Shown here one piece after another: positions 1-9,086 of a stretch of DNA of 64,000 nucleotides (position 1 is its first letter; every line of letters begins with the position of its first letter). Both the position numbers and the translations under genes were made by a program. Under the pieces are notes generated by a model. That model saw nothing but the letters and a program-made list of their open reading frames with translations, ran no database searches and was not told the origin of the DNA. The DNA is from Patescibacteria group bacterium (GTDB lineage Bacteria > Patescibacteriota > Patescibacteriia > UBA10025 > JAHIVO01): assembly GCA_041660605.1 (NCBI GenBank), contig JBAZWB010000003.1, positions 18,680 through 82,679 on the forward strand, written 5' to 3'.

Positions 1-15
1 ATATCCGCCGGGGCC

Positions 16-312
16 TTGATTATTTTTATCCTGCTGCTCGCCAGCCCCTTCGTGGTGCACAGCTGGTATTACCTCTGGCTGCTTCCTCTGGTGATATTAT
101 GGAACGTGCTTTATAAAAAAAGGTTTGATTTCAGTCTGCTGTTTTTCCTCACCCTGCTGGCGCTGGTCATCTATTCTTATGCCAATGTCATCAGCACTTT
201 GGTGGTGGGATTGATTTGTTTGTTATGGGAAATTGCGGCGTATATATTCAGAACGAATTATAAACACCAAAAAACCTCGCCGGCGCCTGTTGATACGACA
301 AACTCCGATTAA
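16..312 (+). CDS. C-terminal part of a polytopic membrane protein (possibly GT-C type), starts before the window
   Basis: Hydrophobic helices and an HSWYYLWLLP motif typical of GT-C C-termini; the frame is open to the window edge. Confidence 0.5.
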   Translation: MIIFILLLASPFVVHSWYYLWLLPLVILWNVLYKKRFDFSLLFFLTLLALVIYSYANVISTLVVGLICLLWEIAAYIFRTNYKHQKTSPAPVDTTNSD

Positions 313-380
313 TTCGTTGAAAATATTAATTTCTGCTATACTGCATTCTGCCTGATTTATTTAATAATTAAGTAAATAAT

Positions 381-704
381 ATGGACAATAAAAAAATTAC
401 GACCTACAGCCTGCTGCATTCATTAGGTGTTGTTATTTACATCCTGATCGTCGCCTTTATCATCTGGAACGCCGAAAATGTTTTTGGCAATATGAACAAT
501 ATTCTCGGACCAGTCGCCTTTCTCATGCTTTTTACCGTGTCCGCGGCAATCACCGGCCTGCTGGTTTTCGGACGTCCGGTCTATCTTTTTCTGAACGGAC
601 TTAAAAAAGAAGCGATCCGGTTTACCTTTTACACCGTTGGTTGGCTGGTAGTGGAGGCTGTTCTGGTTTTTTTAATATTAATCATATTCAATAGCGGGAA
701 ATAA
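381..704 (+). CDS. Small 3-TM hypothetical membrane protein
   Basis: 107 aa with three hydrophobic segments; AT-rich upstream with TGnTATACT. Confidence 0.75.
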   Translation: MDNKKITTYSLLHSLGVVIYILIVAFIIWNAENVFGNMNNILGPVAFLMLFTVSAAITGLLVFGRPVYLFLNGLKKEAIRFTFYTVGWLVVEAVLVFLILIIFNSGK

Positions 705-785
705 ACTGCTAAAAGCCGGGAGATCGCCGCGCATAATCTTTGAGCAGGCGTATTTTAGTAATTCTAATATTGCAAATATTAATAC

Positions 786-1043
786 CTTATTGTAACCTAA
801 ACTTGTCCTGACCCCATTAGTCAGGATACCAAGCCAATCCAGGCGCGGTTCGTACACTATTAATCTATGGCTTGCCACGAAAGGGTAGCTATGAAAAGAA
901 ATGCGTTGGAGGTTGCTAATTGTTAGTCCACGGCCGGCAGCTGGGTTAGATTTTAACTCTGGCTACTCAGTTAAAGCGATTTGCTAGACAAATCGTTGAG
1001 AACCGGGGCGGGATTCCGGTGCTAAATTATCCCATACAATAAG
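786..1043 (+). ncRNA. Candidate structured non-coding RNA of unknown family
   Basis: Closing helix CTTATTGTA (786-794) / TACAATAAG (1035-1043), five internal hairpins and a possible pseudoknot; G-U pairs favour the + strand; followed by a terminator. Confidence 0.6.
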
Positions 1044-1060
1044 CAATCAAAAGACAGGTT

Positions 1061-1092
1061 GGTGCCTGGCAAATGTCGGGCACCTCCTTTTT
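1061..1092 (+). terminator. Intrinsic terminator
   Basis: GGTGCCTGGCA-AA-TGTCGGGCACC followed by TCCTTTTT. Confidence 0.8.
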
Positions 1093-1241
1093 ATTTATAA
1101 AAAACGCCAACGAGCGGTGTCAATTGTCTTTAGTTAACAAGCTTTATTAATTTCAGCTTATTATTCTAAAATTTCTTAAGTCAAGAAAAAATTTGACAGT
1201 TTGTGCTATAATAAAAAAGTTAGTCAATAAACAGGTTATTA

Positions 1242-1631
1242 ATGAATATGATGGAATTGAACAATAACCAAACTATTAATCACCCTAGAAAAAATTTTCT
1301 CCGGATTGCCGTAATATCCATGTACCTGATTGCCGCCTTTTGGGTGCTTTTTGCCGCCCACTGGTTTTTTCGCGAATCCGACTACCGCTATTTCTACGCC
1401 ATTTCAGGTTTTAGCTATGCCATCGTCCTGGCTGGGCTTGCTTTTTATCTCAATAAAAAACAGCGCTGGGCCTGGTGGGGAGCGATCATGTTTACCGGCC
1501 TTAATGTCATCCTGACCCTAGCTGACCAGGTCGGCTGGTTTGATTTAGCCTATCTCATCCCGTCAATCGCAGTTTTCATAATAGTGCTGCGATCAAAAAA
1601 GTATTTATCTCAAGCACCGATAATTGATTAA
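1242..1631 (+). CDS. 4-TM membrane protein, paralog of 1680-2066
   Basis: Shares MYLIA and KQRWAWWG motifs with the next gene. Confidence 0.8.
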   Translation: MNMMELNNNQTINHPRKNFLRIAVISMYLIAAFWVLFAAHWFFRESDYRYFYAISGFSYAIVLAGLAFYLNKKQRWAWWGAIMFTGLNVILTLADQVGWFDLAYLIPSIAVFIIVLRSKKYLSQAPIID

Positions 1632-1679
1632 AGCTATCCGTGCTATAATTAAATAACAAAAAAATATTAATCTACACAT

Positions 1680-2066
1680 ATGAAGTGGCGACTATCGCAT
1701 GTAAAAAATCTCCTCCAAATTACCGTCATGTTCATGTACCTGATTGCCATCTATCGGATACTACTTACAGTATATGCGCTGCTCCGCAATTCCTACTTCA
1801 GCGTCCCCTACGTCATCGATGAGCACCATACCGTTGCTATTATTGGTTTTTGTTACGCCATAATCCTAGCCATCCTCGCCTATTGCCTAAACAGAAAACA
1901 GCGCTGGGCCTGGTGGGGAACGATTATTCTGACTGGCCTAACCATAATTGAACCAATAGGGATATTTGACATAAATTATTTTGCCCCAGCCATAACTATC
2001 TTTGTCCTGGCACTGCTATCAATAAAATTCCTGCGACCTATAGGCGTTTCATTACCAAATAAGTAA
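1680..2066 (+). CDS. 4-TM membrane protein, paralog of 1242-1631
   Basis: Shared DNA AAAACAGCGCTGGGCCTGGTGGGGA and ATGTACCTGATTGCC. Confidence 0.8.
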   Translation: MKWRLSHVKNLLQITVMFMYLIAIYRILLTVYALLRNSYFSVPYVIDEHHTVAIIGFCYAIILAILAYCLNRKQRWAWWGTIILTGLTIIEPIGIFDINYFAPAITIFVLALLSIKFLRPIGVSLPNK

Positions 2067-2127
2067 CATAAACAGCTCGCAAACACATCGCTTTTAGATA
2101 ATTCGACTTATTTATAATATAACCCAC

Positions 2128-2946
2128 ATGAACAAAAAAAATATTCTTGCCAGCACCGCTCTTCTGGTATTGGTGGCGCTGACCGCTTCCGGTTGCACCA
2201 AAAAAACTACAACTAACACAACGACCAACACCGTAAAAAATACTAACGTGATCGTGACGGAAGCGCCGTATATCATGACCGGCTCAACCAAAGTCTTTAA
2301 TCTCAAACTGGTCAATGGCCTGCTGAATTATAAAACCATGACCTTCCACGCCGGCGACACGGTGGAAGTCCGGCTGACCAGCGACAGCCAGCCGGTAGAT
2401 TTCCAGTTCCAGGAAGTATCAAGCGCTACTTCAGTTAATGGAGTGTTCGGCACTGTGATCACTGAAGATGATCGGGGAGGCACCTACCATTTGATCTGCA
2501 AAAATACTTCATGCGGAAATATTGCTGTAACAGTAATACCAAATGCAAATATAAATTCTTCAGCCAGCAATACCAACGCTTCTGCCAACATTAATGCCGC
2601 GGCTAACACCAACACTGCCAACCAGATCACCAAGGTGGAATTGCAGCGCATCCCGGCCGGCACAACTTTCAGCCCGACTAATACCTATGAAACCACCACC
2701 AGCTTTCAGGTCGGCGACCAGTTTGGCCTGGGCGTGACTGGCAATTTTGCCGCGGGGACTAAGCTGGCCCATAGCTTTACCGACAGTTCGGGCGCGGAAA
2801 TCGAGGCGCAGTCCCAGCACCCGGACATCCAGAACGGCACCAACGGTTCCTGCTGTTTCGGCCTGCCAGCCACCGCCGGTTCCTATGATCTCAAGCTGTA
2901 TGTCAACGGCACGGTCGCGCAAAGCATTCCCTTCACAATGCAATAA
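2128..2946 (+). CDS. Putative lipoprotein with a cupredoxin-like domain, Asn/Thr linker and beta-rich C-terminal domain
   Basis: Lipobox-like LTASGC; FHAGDTVEV...GTYHLIC; N/T-rich linkers. Confidence 0.7.
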   Translation: MNKKNILASTALLVLVALTASGCTKKTTTNTTTNTVKNTNVIVTEAPYIMTGSTKVFNLKLVNGLLNYKTMTFHAGDTVEVRLTSDSQPVDFQFQEVSSATSVNGVFGTVITEDDRGGTYHLICKNTSCGNIAVTVIPNANINSSASNTNASANINAAANTNTANQITKVELQRIPAGTTFSPTNTYETTTSFQVGDQFGLGVTGNFAAGTKLAHSFTDSSGAEIEAQSQHPDIQNGTNGSCCFGLPATAGSYDLKLYVNGTVAQSIPFTMQ

Positions 2947-2967
2947 ATTATTCCCGCATAACATTGA

Positions 2968-3004
2968 AATACCTCGGACGTAATGCTCCGGGGTGTTTTA
3001 TTTT
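2968..3004 (+). terminator. Intrinsic terminator
   Basis: ATACCTCGGA...TCCGGGGTGT followed by a T-run. Confidence 0.75.
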
Positions 3005-3067
3005 AGGCGCCTGCCTTGTTTTTGCCCTTTATTAAGCGTAAAATTATAAGGTAATTGAATTTGATTA

Positions 3068-3448
3068 ATGAACTCTATGCAAAAAATACACTTCAAAGTC
3101 TTCGGTTATGGCCTCCAGCTCTTCATAATCACGCTGCTCCTACTCTTTATCATGTCCGCGATTACCAGCTCCGAACAGCCGGTTGATCTCTGGTGGGCGG
3201 GAACCATCGTCGCCATATTGCTGGCTGGCTGCTCCTGGCTGTTCACCCTGCGCCTTCATCCCGCCAAAAAAAAACAGGCTTTCACCTTCGGTGCCATCTG
3301 GGCGGTTATGCTGGTTGTGATTCTTTTACTGATTACCATTCCCAATGGGACGACCGACATTGTCTTTGGCCAGTGGAGCACCTACCTGATATTCATCGGC
3401 GTTGCCGTCGGTCCGCTTTTCGCAAAAATAAAGCCCAGCCTGCCTTAA
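3068..3448 (+). CDS. 4-TM hypothetical membrane protein
   Basis: Hydrophobic 126-aa ORF; TTGTTT-17-TAAAAT promoter upstream. Confidence 0.75.
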   Translation: MNSMQKIHFKVFGYGLQLFIITLLLLFIMSAITSSEQPVDLWWAGTIVAILLAGCSWLFTLRLHPAKKKQAFTFGAIWAVMLVVILLLITIPNGTTDIVFGQWSTYLIFIGVAVGPLFAKIKPSLP

Positions 3449-3621
3449 CAATTATTAATATCCTGGATTAATTTACAGTTCGAAATTTTTCATGGTCACG
3501 CACTATTGACAGGCTAGCGTACTATGTTAATATACAAAAATATCATAAATATAGCACATCAACCCTTTTCGATATGGTCATAGAAAAGATAAAATACAAA
3601 ACCTGTTTGAAGGAGTGAGTA

Positions 3622-3918
3622 ATGAAAGTCAAGGTCAATTATTTCAAAATGGGACATCTAAACAAAGGCTGCGTAGAAGTCGAAGTTGCTGAAGGCGCGA
3701 AGGTTGAGGACACACTGAAGGCCGCGGGGGTGCCGTTCAATGATGAGACCATGAGTATGAAATACGCCATCCCCGGAGAAGCCTATTTCACCGGGCACGC
3801 ACATCCGGACGATATCGTTGCGGATGGCCAGACTATCGGAGTTTTCGACGATGCCAATTTCGACGTAGCAACAACAGTCGCAGCCGAAGCCCCGCCGGAA
3901 GTGCAGGCCCAGACCTAA
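3622..3918 (+). CDS. Ubiquitin-like beta-grasp protein (ThiS/MoaD/RnfH-like) lacking the C-terminal GG
   Basis: MKVKVNY...VEVEVAEGAKVEDTLKAAGV...DDIVADGQTIGVF pattern; SD AAGGAG. Confidence 0.55.
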   Translation: MKVKVNYFKMGHLNKGCVEVEVAEGAKVEDTLKAAGVPFNDETMSMKYAIPGEAYFTGHAHPDDIVADGQTIGVFDDANFDVATTVAAEAPPEVQAQT

Positions 3919-3968
3919 TTCGGCACAACAACGTACAAACACAATTCAGCAGTTCAATAGAACTGCCA

Positions 3969-4005
3969 GGAGCCCGACTTCAGACCAAGAGCCGGGCTTC
4001 CTTTT
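3969..4005 (+). terminator. Intrinsic terminator
   Basis: GGAGCCCG...CGGGCTTCC followed by TTTT. Confidence 0.75.
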
Positions 4006-4178
4006 ATATTAGTAAAATTTCATCTTTGCACACGTATAGCCTGGTGATATACTGAAAATATACAATTACTATTTCAATGAGAAAAATGCTAAGAAATTGC
4101 CTTCCTCACTGTCGGGCTTAATTCAACCATAAAAATGAACATAGCTTTCTATATTTTCGGATAAAAATAATTTCTCCT

Positions 4179-5000
4179 ATGGACAATATTAGAACCTGGA
4201 TTAAACAAGCTCGCTCACAAAAACTTACTAATCAGGAAATCGCAAAAATGCTGATTGGCGTTGGTTGGACGCAAGGACAGATTGCTGACTTATTAGCTGA
4301 ACCCGTCGGCACCGTAGAGACGATAAATAAACCAGAGAGGCAAGCTGAAAATAACCAGCCACCCTCTATCTCCTACACCATCACCCCCGAGGAACACAAT
4401 CAGCGTTCAAGATCAGTAATATATAAAACGATCCCTGCAATTATATCGATTTTAGCATGGCCAATATTGCAGGCTTGGCTGGAAGTTGGTTGGGGGGTGG
4501 TAATTGGTTTTATTGTATTTGGTATATTGATAGGTATATTTTTGTTTTATAAACAACGTCACGAGAGCAAAAAGTCCGTTGACATCAAAATGGACAACAG
4601 CGGGCTGTATATCAATGAAAATGGCAAGGCAAATCATTACCCCTGGAATCATTTCACGAAAGTCATGACCAATACGCTTTATGCTCAGATAAATAGCCGG
4701 GGTGCAGAAAGTGCGCAGGTGATTGAGGCTGCGGAAAGGCTCCGCGAAGCGCATGGTCAGGTCTTTTTGCTTTTTTTTGATAAGCAATTTAAATCAAATG
4801 TATGGAAGCAGCATCTGACGCTTTACGCTGAGCCTGATAACTGGCAAGCAGTTGAACGCGTATTGTATAATTATCTTCCCTATCCCGACGAAAAACTAGC
4901 TCTTGATAAAATAAAAAAGGAATCAAAAATTGTCTGGATTATTTCCATAATTTTTCTTGTTATTGTGATTGCATTTGTAATATTTTTTACTTGGGATTAA
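4179..5000 (+). CDS. Hypothetical membrane protein
   Basis: Two central TM helices, a soluble domain and a C-terminal TM helix. Confidence 0.7.
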   Translation: MDNIRTWIKQARSQKLTNQEIAKMLIGVGWTQGQIADLLAEPVGTVETINKPERQAENNQPPSISYTITPEEHNQRSRSVIYKTIPAIISILAWPILQAWLEVGWGVVIGFIVFGILIGIFLFYKQRHESKKSVDIKMDNSGLYINENGKANHYPWNHFTKVMTNTLYAQINSRGAESAQVIEAAERLREAHGQVFLLFFDKQFKSNVWKQHLTLYAEPDNWQAVERVLYNYLPYPDEKLALDKIKKESKIVWIISIIFLVIVIAFVIFFTWD

Positions 5001-5076
5001 TTTTAAAACACTAAATACTTTTTTGTAAGCATAGGCAACGCCTCAAAAAAATAACTATTTATCTATTATACACAGG

Positions 5077-6174
5077 ATGAACATAGCTTTCTACATTTCC
5101 GGACACGGTTACGGACACGCGACGCGGATGCTCGCCGTGATGAATGCTTTGCTGGAACGCGACCCGCACTGCCGTTTTTTTATCCGCACCGCCTCTCCGC
5201 GGAAATTATTCAATGGCCTGCCAGCCGGCATCGCGCGATATTCCCGGATGGCCATTGATACCGGCATGATTGAAAAGGATAATTTTTCCCAGGACCCGCT
5301 GGCCACGCTGCGGCATTACCAAAAAATCGAAGACAACCGGCAGCAGCTGATAAAAAACGAATCTGCCTTTATATTATCCCGGCAGGTCAAGGTAATCGTC
5401 AGCGACATTCCGCCTCTGGCTTCGGAAATCGGCTCTGCCTGCGGCATTCCCGTCATCGGCTGCGCGAACTTTTCCTGGGACTTCAATTATCAGCCTTACG
5501 CACGCCAGTACCCAAGGTATTCCCATTTAATAAAAAGCATCCGGGCTTCATATAGGAAGACGACTCTGCTGCTTCGCCTGCCATTCCACCACTCCATGGA
5601 CGCCTTTCCTGTCCAAAAGGATATTCCCCTGGTCGCCCGACAGTCGGCAGCCAGCCCCGTTAAAACGCGTCTCCGCCTGGGCATTTCAAAATCAGAAAAA
5701 AGGCCGGTAATTTTAGTCGCCTTCCGGATTGACGACCAGTTATTCCGCCGGGCGCTGGTGGAGCTTACGAAAAATAACGACTGCCTGATTATCACTTACG
5801 GCCTGCGCTCGTTGCGGAAATATAAAAATATTATAGTTATTAATGACAGTCGGAAAGCCGTGCCATACACCGATATTCTCCGGGCTTGCACGCTGGTTAT
5901 TGCCAAGATCGGGTACAGCACGCTGGCAGAGTGCATCGCCGCCAGGGTGCCGCTGATGTATCCTCCGCGCGAAAATTATCCGGAATTCAAGCTTCTACAT
6001 AATGGTGCAAAAAAAAGCCTGCCTTCATATCTTATGCCCAAACGGGATTTTGCCTCAGGCAAATGGCGCCGGCACATAGACAAATTCCTTGCTCAGCCGA
6101 TTTCATTTCCCTCGATGCCGGCTAACGGCGCCCGGGTCGCCGCTGAAATAATTTTGCGTCACGCTAGCAAATAA
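5077..6174 (+). CDS. GT-B glycosyltransferase-like protein (MurG/GT28-like, arabinokinase N-domain type)
   Basis: YISGHGYGHATR, VSDIPP, AKIGYST..E and RENYPE motifs. Confidence 0.8.
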   Translation: MNIAFYISGHGYGHATRMLAVMNALLERDPHCRFFIRTASPRKLFNGLPAGIARYSRMAIDTGMIEKDNFSQDPLATLRHYQKIEDNRQQLIKNESAFILSRQVKVIVSDIPPLASEIGSACGIPVIGCANFSWDFNYQPYARQYPRYSHLIKSIRASYRKTTLLLRLPFHHSMDAFPVQKDIPLVARQSAASPVKTRLRLGISKSEKRPVILVAFRIDDQLFRRALVELTKNNDCLIITYGLRSLRKYKNIIVINDSRKAVPYTDILRACTLVIAKIGYSTLAECIAARVPLMYPPRENYPEFKLLHNGAKKSLPSYLMPKRDFASGKWRRHIDKFLAQPISFPSMPANGARVAAEIILRHASK

Positions 6175-6177
6175 AAC

Positions 6178-6240
6178 CCCATCGCGGGTCCCCGCCTGCC
6201 TTGCCAGTGCGGCGGGCAGGTCTGCGCCCGCGTTCGCGCC
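6178..6240. repeat. REP-like GC-rich palindromic element, copy A
   Basis: TCCCCGCCTGC...TGCGGCGGGCAGGTCTGCGCCCGCG; 25 nt identical to 18125-18149. Confidence 0.8.
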
Positions 6241-6355
6241 AATAAAACGCACACACACCGCAAAACGGGGCGGTTTTTACTGTAATAAAAACGGACAAGT
6301 ATTGAAACCTGTCCGCTGTGTTTAGTAATGCTTTTGGGTTACTTAGGCGCAACCG

Positions 6356-8389
6356 TCAAGCAATAGATGCATCGACCGCTTTGCTGACGACATCGTCATC
6401 AGCGATAAAGGGAATCATAACCTGGAGTCTGGCGTCGTCATCCATGGATTCCGTAATGGCCCAGATGGCATTGGGATTTCCGGCCCACGCGCGGCGAGCC
6501 AGCCCGTTGTTCACGTCAATTGCCATCAGGCGCTTGATGCGTTCAGCCACCTCCACGGAACCATCCAGCGCGATGCCGAATCCGCCGTTAATAGCGTAAT
6601 TGAAGCCAACCCCGCCGCCGTTGTGTATGCTTACCCAGTCAGCGTGCGCAGTCGCGTCGCCAATGAAATTCTGCACTGACATGTCGGCGCACACGTTGCT
6701 GCCGTCCAGAACATTGGACGTTTCGCGGTACTTAGAATCAGTGCCGCCCACATCATGGTGATCCCTGCCGATCACCACCGGTCCGATCTCCCCGCTGGCA
6801 ACAGCCCGGTTGAAGGCGAGCGCAATGCGCGTCCGGCCGACACGGTCGCTATAGAGAATCCGCGCCTGACTACCGACGACAAGTCCGTATTTGCCGGCAT
6901 TTTCGATCCAGTAAAGATTGTCCTCATACTGCTGCCGTATCTGCAGAGGAGCTCTCACAAGCAACTCCCGGATAACGTCAGCGGCAATCTCGTCAGTCTT
7001 CTCGAGATCCTTAGGATCTCCGCTCAGGCACACCCAGCGGAACGGGCCGAAACCGAAGTCAAAGCAGATCGGTCCCATAAGATCCTCAACGTACGACGGA
7101 TACCTGAACCTGGTATCATCGGCCATGATATCGGCTCCCGCATTTCTTGCCTGGAGCAGGAAACCGTTGCCGTAGTCAAAGAATTTCGTCCCGCGTTCAG
7201 CCATGGCGTTGATGGCGCGAACGTGTTCCCGCAGTGATTCCCGGACAAGCTCCGTGAAACGTCCTGCATCGGACTTGATCATCTGGAGCGCATCCTCAAA
7301 GCTGATCTGGAACGGGAAATACCCGCCGGCGAACGGCAAGTTTAGAGAAGTCTGGTCAGACGCGAGATCAACCTGGATATCCTCAGTGATGAGGCGATTC
7401 CACAGATCAACGATGTTCCCATGGTACGCGATTGAGAGCGGCTGCTTTTCAGCAATCGCACTTTTCATGGCAAAGATTATGGCATCAAGGCTATCGGAAT
7501 ATGAATCAATCCAGCCTTTTTCAATGCGTTTCTTGATCGCCTTCAGATTCACCTCGGCGATGACGCAGACAATGCCTAGTATCTGCGCTGCCTTGCCCTG
7601 GGCGCCCGACATGCCGCCAAGCCCCGAGCTGACGAAAACTCGACCACGCAGATCCTTCATGTCCGTGATTCTGTAATACTCACGGAAGGCGTTGAGCAGT
7701 GTGATATAGGTGCCGTGCACGATTCCCTGCGACCCGATGTACATCGCGCTGCCTGCCGTCATTTGGCCGTACAGGGTCACGCCTTTCGCGGCGAGATTGT
7801 CATAGTCAGCTTCAAGCGGCGCAGACATAAGCCCGTTCACGATCACGGCGATCGGATCAAAACCTCTGCGCGCCGGGAACTTGCCGAGCGGATGGCCGGA
7901 ATACAGCTTAAGCATCTGATCACGGTCTAAGGTAGCGAGCGCCTGCATAGTGATCAGGTATTGCACCCAATTCTGGAACACGGTACCGGTACCGCCGTAA
8001 GTGACCAGTTCGTCCGGGTACTGCGCGTTCTGCGGATCAAGGTTGTTCATATACATGAGCTGCAGGGCGCGTGCCGCCAGCGTATTACCGGGGTACCAGT
8101 CGATCGGATACGCCATGATGGGATACGCCGGTTTGAACCGGTACATGTAGATGCGTCCGAAAACTCTCAGTTCGGTCGCAAACTCAGAAGCGAGAATCGC
8201 GTGCCACTCCTTGGGAAAATAACGGAGCGCATTTTTGACCGCCTGTTTTTTCTCCTTGGTTGTCAGGGTGTTTGGCCGGGCAGGTGCATGGATAGCGTTC
8301 ATGTCGTACACCGGCGTCGGTGGAAGCTCACGCGGAATTCCTGCAAGGATAGCTGTTCTCAGCCTATTCTTGTCCATTGCTTGTGCCAT
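6356..8389 (-). CDS. hutU: Urocanate hydratase (long form)
   Basis: YGQMTAGS..YIGSQGIVHGT, GLGGMSGAQ, GPFRWVC, GRDHHD..RET and HNGGGVG motifs; GGAGG precedes the ATG at 8389. Confidence 0.93.
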   Translation of the reverse strand: MAQAMDKNRLRTAILAGIPRELPPTPVYDMNAIHAPARPNTLTTKEKKQAVKNALRYFPKEWHAILASEFATELRVFGRIYMYRFKPAYPIMAYPIDWYPGNTLAARALQLMYMNNLDPQNAQYPDELVTYGGTGTVFQNWVQYLITMQALATLDRDQMLKLYSGHPLGKFPARRGFDPIAVIVNGLMSAPLEADYDNLAAKGVTLYGQMTAGSAMYIGSQGIVHGTYITLLNAFREYYRITDMKDLRGRVFVSSGLGGMSGAQGKAAQILGIVCVIAEVNLKAIKKRIEKGWIDSYSDSLDAIIFAMKSAIAEKQPLSIAYHGNIVDLWNRLITEDIQVDLASDQTSLNLPFAGGYFPFQISFEDALQMIKSDAGRFTELVRESLREHVRAINAMAERGTKFFDYGNGFLLQARNAGADIMADDTRFRYPSYVEDLMGPICFDFGFGPFRWVCLSGDPKDLEKTDEIAADVIRELLVRAPLQIRQQYEDNLYWIENAGKYGLVVGSQARILYSDRVGRTRIALAFNRAVASGEIGPVVIGRDHHDVGGTDSKYRETSNVLDGSNVCADMSVQNFIGDATAHADWVSIHNGGGVGFNYAINGGFGIALDGSVEVAERIKRLMAIDVNNGLARRAWAGNPNAIWAITESMDDDARLQVMIPFIADDDVVSKAVDASIA

Positions 8390-8478
8390 CTGATTTTCCT
8401 CCATTAGTTCTATGGCTACTGGTTTAAGTTTGTTTTCGATGCAAAAATATTATGATGTAAAGAGCAAAATATCTGACT

Positions 8479-8507
8479 AGCTTAATATAATAGACCAAGC
8501 TTGTCAA
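8479..8507 (-). promoter_or_regulatory. Sigma70 promoter of hutU
   Basis: TTGACA-17-TAAGCT on the minus strand. Confidence 0.65.
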
Positions 8508-8544
8508 GAAAAGAATAAGGAAGGAACGCCGTTACCCCATCCCC

Positions 8545-8610
8545 CGAACGCGGGTGCCGCGCCCGACTGCTTCGCACTCGAAGCGGGCGGGTCTCCGCCC
8601 GCGTTCGCGC
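8545..8610. repeat. REP-like GC-rich palindromic element, copy B
   Basis: CGAACGCGGG...CCCGCGTTCG outer stem; shares GCCCGCGTTCGCGC with copy A. Confidence 0.7.
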
Positions 8611-8660
8611 TTGTTTTAACGCGCCAACGAGGGTAATATTAAATTAAAGGAGATAAATTA
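8610..8660 (+). repeat. 51-bp promoter-containing repeat, copy 1
   Basis: 43/51 identical by hand to 13702-13752; contains TTGTTT-17-TAATAT. Confidence 0.75.
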
Positions 8661-8787
8661 CTGTAGTCAAACGCTGGAAGTTTAAAGAAAAAAGTATGGT
8701 TATAAGTATTAAGTTTATAAAACATTTTAATCTTCAACTTACTTCCATTCCTTCTTCCATCAACATTAAATTTATAACAACACGCCA

Positions 8788-9039
8788 ATGTACTTCCTCT
8801 ACATCCTGAAATGCAAAGATAAAAGCCTGTACACGGGCATTACCACGGACTTGGTGCGTCGGCTGACAGAACATAGCACCACGGCTCTCGGGGCAAAATA
8901 TACCAGAGCCAGGCGGCCGGTGAAGCTGGTTTACAAAAAAAGATTCCGTACCCGGTCAGCCGCCGGGCGGGAGGAAGCGAGGATTAAAAGTCTGCCGCGG
9001 CCGGAAAAATTAAAATTAATTCAAAAGGTAAGGAGGTAA
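8788..9039 (+). CDS. GIY-YIG nuclease family protein (YhbQ/UPF0213-like)
   Basis: YILKCKDKSLYTGITTDL.RRL.EH...GAKYTRARRPV...E..IK. Confidence 0.92.
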   Translation: MYFLYILKCKDKSLYTGITTDLVRRLTEHSTTALGAKYTRARRPVKLVYKKRFRTRSAAGREEARIKSLPRPEKLKLIQKVRR

Positions 9040-9086
9040 AATTCGCGATTAGCGTTCATATCGTAATTTTAATTAATTAAAATAAT

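Noticed and set aside
891-926. Mini-ORF MKRNALEVANC inside the RNA candidate, as a leader peptide or tmRNA tag
   Set aside because: Only 11 codons, no Ala-Ala-type tag ending, and no tRNA-like ends around it
1023-1123. Minus-strand TTGACA, AAGGAGGTG and a 16-codon TTG ORF (type I toxin-like)
   Set aside because: The SD is just the complement of the terminator tail, and G-U pairs support + strand folding; not fully excluded
8788-9039. GIY-YIG protein as a homing endonuclease or mobile element
   Set aside because: It is a short stand-alone YhbQ-type protein with no intron or intein context
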